From assembly GCA_035221665.1 (NCBI GenBank), contig CM069149.1, positions 9,796,001-9,860,000 on the forward strand: a DNA stretch of 64,000 nucleotides, given 5' to 3'. Origin of the DNA: Okamejei kenojei. Lineage: Eukaryota. A model generated the notes under the pieces. The model worked only from the letters and a program-made list of their open reading frames with translations, did no database searches and was not told the DNA's origin. The translations under genes were made by a program, and so were the position numbers. Position 1 is the first letter of the stretch; each line of letters starts with the position of its first letter. This document shows positions 39,490-48,875 of the stretch, in pieces.

Positions 39490-39860
39490 AAGTTGTAAGC
39501 TGCATTCAGCACCCACAATGTGATCACCTCAACACTGCAGAAACCAAATGCAGATTGGAGAACAATTTTTCAGAAAAGCTCCAATTAAAAAAGTGACCCA
39601 GAACTTTCATTTTAATTCTTCATTCCACTTTCACCCCTGTATTTAGCATCCTACACTTTCCCCACGAAGCTTAACATACACTTAAAGGCTAAAGTCGCAT
39701 CTTCTAACTGCAATCAACTGGCAATATTGAATTCATCGATTTCAGGTAAACAGCCTTTGCAGTTTGCATCGCAAATTGCCAGTTTTGATGAAAGATCAAT
39801 AACTTGACTAAGCATTTCCAGCATCCTCTTATTTCAGATTTCCATCAACTGCAGTGTTGG
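39490..39860 (+). mobile_element. Old Penelope-like 3' fragment
   Basis: Decayed gaaaccaaatgcagattgg and aatattgaattc...ttcaggtaa motifs similar to the 62-kb element. Confidence 0.55.
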
Positions 39861-40575
39861 GGATCTCACAGCTCTAGTATTATGTTTTCCTTCTCTTATC
39901 TGTCCACATTAATTTGCCATTTTCTTCTTTGATCAGCTATTATTAGTAATCCATTACCAACCACTCAGTTGGCACCACGATCACTTGTGACCTTTTGGTA
40001 TCCAATTTGTTATCCAAATCGCAATTGCGCATGAACGCGAAAATTCACTACAGCATTAGCAGAACTCAATTGCCAGCTTCCCCACTGGCAGTTGTTAAAT
40101 GCCCAGTGATTAATCTGACCTACAGTCTCTTGCTCCCCACCCTTTGTTTTCTCCGTTCCCCCTTCTGCAACCAAAAACATGGCTCATTTATAGGTCTGAG
40201 GCAAGGCCATCACGTAACATTTTAATTCTGCTTCTCTCTGCACAGATGTGGTCTGATCTGGTGAACATTTCCAGGATCTTCCCCGTTTATTTCTGCATTT
40301 CCAACATCTGCTATTTCCAGATTTCATCGATTACTCAGTCTTAGTTCAGGTGAAAAATGAAATCTTGCTGTTATGATCTTTGGTTGCTACACTGAAAATT
40401 GCTTGCTTCATCTATCCTTCTACTATTGTTTTGCTGGTTAATTGACATATGTTATAAAAAAGTTGAAATCTTGGAAGGCACAAAGATACCAAGTGCGTGT
40501 CCCAAATCAAACAGGAACTGGCTACATTATTAAATGTAATCTATAGCTTTTCTGAATAATTTTCACTTATGTAGA

Positions 40576-40753
40576 ATGTTTAAGAAGGAACTGCAGATCG
40601 AAGGTAGACAAAAATGCTGGAGAAATTCAGCGGGTGAGGCAGCATCTATGGAGCGAAGGAAATAGGCAACGTTTCGACTCAAAATGTTGCCTATTTCCTT
40701 CGCTCCATAGATGCTGCCTCACCCGCTGAGTTTCTCCAGCATTTTTGTCTACC
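40576..40753. mobile_element. Penelope-derived near-perfect hairpin element (second subfamily), 14-bp TSD
   Basis: TSD ttcacttatgtaga at 40562-40575 / 40754-40767; ~70-bp inverted arms. Confidence 0.87.
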
Positions 40754-41145
40754 TTCACTTATGTAGATTTGCGATTCTGGCAATTGAATTCATTTTAATA
40801 AAATTCACCTTCTGTCAATCTTATTGCGTTCCAAAAGAATATAATTGGGTAAATGCAGAGAAATTGATGAGAAGTGATATTCCTTCATCTTACAGTCAAC
40901 AAAGTTATTTTTATGCAGTTTATTTCTAATTTACGTTATTGAAAAAAATGGCTCTGACATTACAGAAAAATCACATTCAGTTCAGTGTTTTCCACAGTTT
41001 CCTTTTGCTACTGCCAGCTGAGTTTCAATGTATGCATAAAAGTAATCGTCTCTCCAAATAGTGCATGAAGACAAGCCCATTAAAGAAGCCATGCACTCTA
41101 CTAGCAGGCTTCAACCAATATCAATGGTGAAAAAAGGAAACTTAC

Positions 41146-41157
41146 TTGGCTTCCCAG
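41146..41157 (-). CDS. HMGA2: Candidate alternative 12-nt HMGA2 micro-exon (LGSQ)
   Basis: Minus strand reads atttccatgttgtcttcaatcag|CTGGGAAGCCAA|gtaagt: phase 0/0, frame-preserving. TGCATG lies ~50 nt downstream. Confidence 0.55.
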
Positions 41158-43215
41158 CTGATTGAAGACAACATGGAAATACGATTATGATGTGTGTGGA
41201 GGTTTAAAAAAAATTGTTATGGGTTTGCTGCAACAGACAAATTTTGCGATACACTTCTATGATTCTATGCAGTCACCTGAAAATATGCACACCGCTCAGG
41301 TCACCATATTATAAACAGGAAAGAGGGTCATTGAGTAGATACCAAAAAAAAGGCTTGCAATTGGCAGAATCAGAAGTGAGAAGTTATACCTATATCAAAA
41401 GACAATGCCTCAGTTGTTACCAAACAAGTGAAAAATGCTGAGAAATTAGCATAAATCTTTGGGAATTATGGAGAGGGCATACTTTGAAAAAATTCTTCCA
41501 CATGGGTCTGACAAAAACGGAGGCTTTAAATACAAGGAAGGAATCAACAGATCCAACAGGAAGTTCAGGGCTTCTTTATCTGAGAGATCAATTGAATTGT
41601 CTGAGGATCTTGCTAGCTCAGGTGAACAAAAAAAAAAATCAATGAATTTTAAGAAAAAGCCAGATAAACTCACAACAAATAATAGAATTTTGGTAGTGCC
41701 TGGAGGAGGTCTACATGAAGCAAAAGGATCAAAGGACCCATTCCAGTATTGCAAATTAGATTTAATTCTAAAGGTTTAAATGTGGATACAGGGTTCTCCT
41801 GAAATGCTGCCTGACCCAGAGTTAATCCAGCACCTTGTGTTTCTTTTCTAAAAGGTTTAAATACAAATTACACACAATGCAACCTTCAATATAGCGATGA
41901 TCATGTACGTTTGCGTTAGAATGAAGCTTTTCTTCAACAGCATTGTATCATTCAAGCTTTTCCGATTCCTGCTTTGAATTTTTTTTGGTGGATTTGCACC
42001 CATCATTAGTATACAACTTGATATTTTATACTGTTGGAATTGAAATTTTATTCAGTGGTGTTGTGAATCTCTGGGATTATCTACCCCAATTTCTTAAAAT
42101 ATTGAATTACTAAATTACATTCAAGTCTGTGACAGATTTTGTACTAAGGGAAATAAGAAGCAGAAAGCAATTGAAAATAAAGATTAGATTAGCCATCTTT
42201 AAGAGACAGATTAGGCTTCTGGGCTCAGCTCCATTTCTCCTCTTCTTTCCCACGTTCTTAAACATACTCTGTTGGAATTAAATAAGTTATAAGCTACTTC
42301 TTAGGAACAATTCATTAAATTTTAATAAAGTCCATTTCTATCACTGACTATCCCCCCAATTTATCTCCTCTAAAGATTTCTCCCTACTCAACCTGAATAA
42401 TTGTGAACCACAGATAGTATAACCAGGGTAAAGGTGGGATGCCATTTAATGATATGTTGAACTTTGTTTTGCTGCTTTCCACAATCCCAGTAACACTGAA
42501 ACAACAATGACTCCAGGGGCATTTAATGTCTGCTTCAATGTATCCCTGATAACTTCTAACTTTTTCCTAACCATACTTTTATCAACTTTTATGAAGGAAC
42601 TAAATTAACAAGATATCGGCATTATCTAATTATTGAGAGTAACAAAGCAAAGCAATGACTGTTTTCACTTTAATTTTAATCTTTGAAACTGGTAGGCTTC
42701 CAATAACAGTACATTCATAATAACTTGCATTCATAATAACTAGATCACCTTTTCTTTGAATCATCATTTTGCAACAAATATAATTTTAGTTTAAGCAAGG
42801 TCCTTGAAAGTAGTTGAAATAATAGGTAGTTGAGTCATGCATATCATCAAAATGGCAGGTTGAGTCTTCAGACTTTCAGATTTTGCTAATCTCCAATGAA
42901 CAGCCACACGGGCAAAACCAGTTTTTCCTCAATGTCTTTGAATTAGTGAAGGGAAAACAAGATCATTGTTCCTCTCTGTTCTGTTTTGTGTTCAGCAATT
43001 AATGTTGAAACTGCTCACGGGAAGATCTTGGTCAAGGAGAGCACAGAATTCGGATCTGATCCATCTCATAACAAAATGAAATCCCCAACACAAGGAGAGT
43101 CAGGTAACTGAACATAAAATAAATTATGCTGGCCTGGAGAAGGGTTGCAGGGAGATGATGTAAAAAAAAAAGAAATAGGTCCAACACTGAATACAACAAA
43201 GAGAGTGGAACTTAC

Positions 43216-43266
43216 CCATTTTCTAGGTCTACCCCTAGGTCGTTTCTCACCAGTGGGCTCAGCTTT
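43216..43266 (-). CDS. HMGA2: HMGA2 coding exon 3 (KAEPTGEKRPRGRPRKW, AT-hook 3)
   Basis: 51 nt between acceptor tgttag| and donor |gtaagt. Size and peptide match mammalian HMGA2 exon 3. Confidence 0.97.
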
Positions 43267-43664
43267 CTAACAAAATAATTGGAAAAACAATGTTATCTTC
43301 ACAAGCTTAAGTATTCTTTTGTACAGAACCCATTACAACTTAAGGTAAAAGTTCACATGCCTTTTCTAAGGGAAAGATATTACATCCCTTTACTAATAAA
43401 GAGATTGCTTTGCTAATCTATAAACTATGCAAGACTGTCTGCTGTTTACAACTGAACAATAATGATTCCTACAAATTATCTCCATTGATCAGTCAGACTT
43501 CTTTCAGTCTTTAATCGAAAACATTAACAACTAATTTCTTGGATAAACTGAATATAAATCTAGTTTTGAGCTATTTACTGATATTAACAACTATCTAATG
43601 GTGTATACAATCAGTCTATTATTTATTTCTATGACAATGGATCATTCACTCAAGGAGTTAGAGT

Positions 43665-43762
43665 TTGTAGAAGGGTCCCAATGCGAAACTTCGCCCACTT
43701 TTTTTCCTCCAGAGATGCTGCCTGACCCGCTGAGTTACTCCAGCACTTTGTGTCTATCTTTG
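43665..43762 (+). mobile_element. Penelope-derived short element in HMGA2 intron 2
   Basis: ccagagatgctgcctgacccgctgagttactccagcactttgtgtctatct. Confidence 0.75.
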
Positions 43763-45913
43763 CGGAAATTACACCCAGCGACATTAAATGATGCACAAAG
43801 TGTCTTTACTATTTAAATTAAAAATTATACTACAGTCCACTTCTCTTAAACTTAAATTTTCCACCTTACTTTTTATGCAGCTGTTGGCCTTCTAAAACTC
43901 AATACAGTTGTAAATCAAAAGGTGTCAATTTACCTCAGAAATCAGATCACGTAATGCAAAAGACAAGAGACAGGAGCACCAAATTGCCATTTGTAGAGTC
44001 GATAAATCAATCTAATAAATTCAACAGGAAAACTAACAAGCACAGTCAGACTATTCTGTGTCTAGCTAAATGATTCGGTTACTAATAAATCTCAACTGTT
44101 AACAATTAACATGTAGATTTGATGTCACCTGAACTCTAGGGTTATTAAAGTATCTAAAACAAGGAGACAATTGACATGGGATCTGAACCAAATGAGGTGG
44201 AGCTTTTGTGCTCTGCCTTTGTACATTACTCTGGTAGGTGCAATGGAAATTAAACCTGCACACTCGAATGCAATTAACAAGACACGGCGTGTTTAAATAA
44301 TTAAATGGGATATTAAGTGTTCTTTAGCCATCCTCCCTTTGTTAAGTAATAATATAAATGTAACAATATATAAATCCTGGATAGGGATCTGCCCTGCAAA
44401 ATAATAGCTAGACATCAAGACAAAAGTGTCAAAGGTTCAATTCTGGGAGTAATTGGTGGTGTACTGGACAAATAATTGCTGCCAGAGATTGTTGTAGAAT
44501 TACTATGGCTTACATTAGAAAACACAATACTCAATGTATTAAATATAATCTATAGGAAATTACAAGGGATTCTGAAATCAGAGCTACAGAAACTGTCAAT
44601 ATTTCTGTCCAAGAGGTTTCAACTCTATTACACAAATACAGTTTTAGAAAAGATAATACTTAACCAAAGGAAAAAAAATGATTTAATTTGATTTCAGAAG
44701 GATGTTGATTCCAATCCAAGTCTTAAATTATAAATCAATTTTAAGCTTTAAACCCAATGACAAATTGAACCTAGCAAATCCTCATTTCTTTTAAATTTCC
44801 CTTCTGTTTCAACTGTTAACCAATAGCCTTTTATCTACATTGATATGGTGGGAGTGACACATTTCTGAAAAAAATCAATGCGATCGAATCCTTGTAAATT
44901 TCCATACTGTTTTGCAATATTGAGCCCACATAATGAAGTTGTCCTTCCCAAATGATGCATTCTTGAATCTTGGTCACACTTTGCATGACTGATATTCAAA
45001 TGAGCATTATTTTTTTGTAACAAGCCCAAAGGATAAATCATTGGCAAAAATACTTGTTTGTTAAAGTCAGAAAAAAAGTTATTAAACAAATATTTTTTCC
45101 TCTCTGGTTAAACATACCCTCAAAAATAAAAATAACAAATTATATCATACATGACTTGCTCAAGTTACATTTACCAATTTAATTACAACTGCAAGACTTC
45201 AAGAGAACACTTAATCTCTTCGGGCTTCTAATTTCTAGGAACACCCAGTTCAATACAAACTTATGGAAACAATGTTTTTTCCCCCCAAATAAGTGGCATT
45301 AACAGCTTAAACTTTTATTTACAATTGGACATAGAACAGAATTACACAATTGAGATTTCATTGAATGTTAACACAATCCATAACAGAATTGTGAAACAAG
45401 TGATGCCTATTATTTAAGTTTTCACCAAGTTTAATATGCAGATACAACAAAATATTTCAGGTTAACATTAGATATTACTAAGTACTCACCATGAAATCAC
45501 ATTAAATATATACAAGAGCACAAGTCTTGCTAATCTTTGAGCAGATGCTTATAGTTCAGACATTTCTCTAGATGGAATCAACTTCAATGCTAACAAGAAA
45601 CTATGGTGAAACAGTGCAGCTCACTGGACTGGCCTTACTAAAACAAAACAAAAATGTTCCCCTCTCATGAAGCTGCTCAACTTCCTCAACATTGAAACAG
45701 AAAACAATCCTTCCTAGGGGAAGCGGTCATGGTCTCTTACTTTAAACTTGGACTTTACTCTGACATAGCAAACTGCAGGAAATGTGATTCAAACAACACA
45801 AATTACCAAAATGGTGTAAATCCTCTGGTATTCAGGATGAATGACTGAACTCATTTGTAAACTAGTCTTCCGAGTGTGGTTAATGCTCAGAAATGTTCCC
45901 AAGTTAATCTCAC

Positions 45914-46000
45914 CTTTTGAGCTGCTTTAGAGGGACCCTTGTTTTTGCTTCCTTTTGGTCTTCCCCTAGGTCGTTTAGGCGTAGGTGGTCCAGTGGGTTC
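45914..46000 (-). CDS. HMGA2: HMGA2 coding exon 2 ([31 protein letters not shown]-hook 2)
   Basis: 87 nt between acceptor ttatag| and donor |gtgaga. Size and peptide match mammalian HMGA2 exon 2. Confidence 0.97.
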
Positions 46001-47862
46001 CTATAATTTAATATGGAACAGTGGCCAGTTAAACAGAGACCCAAAGAAGGCTCCAATACATCAAATTATTTCAAAAAGTACACAAGCTCCATACAGAAAA
46101 TTGGTGCTTGGTAACAACAGCATTTCACTGGAATTTGGTTACCTGTTCCTTTTTAAATGTGGAAAAACCCAAATGAAACACCAAAACAGTAGGTTACATT
46201 TTTACTGGATATCCATGATTTCAGAAAGAATTGGGACTCATTACTAAATAATACACACCTTCTGAAATTATTTATCAACGACTTAATGACTTGAATTTCA
46301 TAAAGAGATTTCCAAATGACTTTATTGAGAAAATAGAGGTGAGGTGCCCATATTGTGTAACTGCACCGAACCAAAAAAGACTAAGTTGATGCATTACATT
46401 TGAGACAAAAATCAAAACGATTGCAGCTTATATTGAACATCACTTCAAAGGCAGCGATATAAACCCCAAGTTAAACTGTTTTTTTTAAATTAAAAAACGC
46501 AATGTCAACTCATCAAGCGCTGAGTGTTGGCCAAGCTGTAGATATCCAACAGGCGATCGCCATTCAAGTTGGTTCACCCAACCATTCAGTTAATGAATCC
46601 AATACAAATCCTTCAGTCTCGCCGGTTGAAGCGGTCAGACCCTCAACATCTACACCTCGACTCATTTTTTCACCCAGATTCATATAAAAGTCACAACATG
46701 GGGAAACGATGCCTGCAAACCTGTACCATCGGCAAGCAGCGTTTTCAACAACACGGGGGGTTTGATGAAAAGAGAACGTGTCAAGTCCAAGCGGAAGGGA
46801 AGTCTAAGCAGACATTTGACTGCTTCGTGATCCGGGCACAGACCAGATTATTAAATAAACCGATCCTTACAGGACGTCCTGCCTTAGAATACAACATGAC
46901 CAGAGCTGGAAATGAGAAGGAAAAACAAGATGGACACATTTAGCCAGTTGGTACTGGCATCGAAATATTAGCCCTCGACACAAAAGCAGGTATTTCGTTT
47001 GCATAGTGTGGGGTGTATCAGCAAATTGGAGAGAATGTGCCTTCATAAAGTCCCGCGCTCAAAACAGAGGTCTGGAAACAATGTATTTGCATGAAATAAG
47101 GTCCATTACTACGGTCCTGAAAGTGGCAGCAATGTGGAGGAAATGGTAACGATATACTTTCTCGCGCTCAAATGGTGTCACCGTCCCCAAGTAGCAGAAG
47201 ATCGAGGAAGACCTTTCACCAAACTTGAGGAAAGGAAACCTTTTGTGGCAGTCACGTAGAAAGGGCGAGAGAGAGCGAGCGAGCGAGAGGCAGGGAGCGC
47301 GACCGGGAGGGCGAGCGAGCGAGCGAGTGTCTGACTGTGTCCCACAAGACATCAAATTAGGCGGGATTTTCAGATCACTTTTTTTTTTAAATGGGTGATA
47401 CTTGAACAACAAAAACAAAGCTGCCGGCCTTTCCGGAATGTTACAGAAGACCGAGAAGTCGTGAATATGCAACAGGTAAACGCCGACAAACGTCCTCCGC
47501 TCACTTTATTGCCCACACTTCACCCCCTTTGCCATTATCCCTGATATCGGTGGCGGGCCGAGTTTAACGCCGCAATCACACAAAGGTCAGCGCTTCCTAA
47601 ACTGCCTTTGCACCAAAAAAAAAACTCTGGGGGGGAAAAAAAAAGCCACATATTCCCCCACGCAGGCTCCCGGGCAAACTTTCGAAACCTCTAAAACGCA
47701 ACCGAATCTAAAGAGCGAAATCAGGAAAGGGTGGCAACTTATAAACGCGCATACAACGAAAACCGCCTTTAAACTAATCCTCGGCTCTATTCCCACTCAC
47801 TCCGTGGGTCCTTTCAGTGGAAAAGAGAGAATAATAAATAAAAAAAACAGCGCTATACTGAC

Positions 47863-47967
47863 TTGCTGCTGTTTCTTGGGTCGTCCCCGACCTCTCTTCT
47901 GCGGTGGCTCTGCAGGTTGTTCCGGGGCAGACGTGGACTGGCTGGGTCCTTCACCTCGTGTGCTCAT
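47863..47967 (-). CDS. HMGA2: HMGA2 coding exon 1 (MSTRGEGPSQSTSAPEQPAEPPQKRGRGRPKKQQQ, AT-hook 1)
   Basis: ATG at 47967 in gccgcaATG context. 35 codons match the vertebrate HMGA2 N-terminus with AT-hook KRGRGRPKK. Ends at donor CAA|gtcagt, phase 0. Confidence 0.97.
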
Positions 47968-48661
47968 TGCGGCTTGTGGCTCTTCCCCAACAGGTTGCCA
48001 CAAGAAGGAACAGTTAACACCGGCCGCCCTGGTGTTGAATGCAATGAGGAGGAGGCAAAAAAAGGAAAGAGAGAAAGAGAAGAGAGAAGCTGACGGGAGA
48101 AGAGAAATAAAGCTAGAGCAACTAATTGCAGGATGCTAACAAAGATGCAGTGGGTACCGCCGCTTGCTGTTACTGGTGTTGTAATTTAATGGGAATTTAG
48201 AGTGTGAACGGGACCAGTTATGATCTTCTGGGACGGCACAGGCTGAAGTCGGGGCACCGCAGTTTCCTGCCAAGTGTGACAATAATGATCATACTTTATG
48301 CCCCGTAAACTAATAAACGAAAGGGGGTGGGGGGGGAGGACAGAGCCCAGCAGTCGCTAATACAGGAGTTTTAGTGAAAGGGAAAGAGTTACTCGGGGCT
48401 ATTATTCCTGTCCTGCCCACGAAAGGAGAATGGGTAAAAAAAAAGCACCTTTACTCGTGGGTGGAAAAAGGAGGGAGGGGTTGAGAATGAGGGAAGGGGA
48501 GGGGGCAAGAGGCAGGGCCAGAGGGAAGGGGGGGGGGGAGAGAGAAAGCCCAGCGCTCGGCTTGGACAAGATCCAGATGAAACCTTCACCGAGACTGGGG
48601 GAGAGAGCGATGCCTCACGTGTCCCGGCCTCGGGCACTCTGTAACAAAGCTTCTGCTGAAT
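47968..48661 (-). other. HMGA2: Putative HMGA2 5' UTR (~0.7 kb) with pyrimidine-rich tracts
   Basis: Lies between the inferred TSS and the ATG. CT-rich sense-strand tracts at ~48047-48117 and ~48466-48548, reminiscent of mammalian HMGA2. TSS is inferred only. Confidence 0.55.
48218..48292 (-). other. Upstream ORF in the HMGA2 5' UTR (MIIIVTLGRKLRCPDFSLCRPRRS*)
   Basis: The only minus-strand ATG seen between 48661 and the main start. A at -3; TAA at 48220-48218. Confidence 0.5.
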
Positions 48662-48875
48662 GGCTGAACTCCAGCAGGTTATTTAAATACACCACCCCCC
48701 GTCCCATCAACACAGCGCATTCCGAGGGAGGAGAACTTCCAACTTCACTTTTTTGTTGTTTTTTTTTGACCCAGAAAAAAAAAGGAAAAAGCGTAGACAG
48801 GTTTCCAGCTTTTCTGGAGGTTCCCGTCCCCGCTGCAATAGGGCGAGCACAGCGACAGAGCGCAGATTGGCGGCT
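48655..48875 (-). promoter_or_regulatory. Putative HMGA2 core promoter (TATA-like, Inr-like, CCAAT)
   Basis: TATTTAAATA at 48680-48689, 28 nt upstream of Inr-like CCATTC (A=48661). CCAAT on minus strand at 48870-48866. E-box CACGTG at ~48616. Confidence 0.5.

Larger units (their letters stand above)
1..43215 (-). other. HMGA2: HMGA2 intron 3 (large intron, probably continuing beyond the window)
   Basis: Starts at the exon 3 donor. No recognisable exon 4 (PQQVVQKKPAQ-like) or acidic-tail exon 5 was seen. Intron 3 is very long in other vertebrates. Confidence 0.8.

Noticed and set aside
41459-41779. 106-aa plus-strand ORF and 102-aa antisense ORF
   Set aside because: No domain, non-ATG start, no exon structure; probably decayed repeat sequence.
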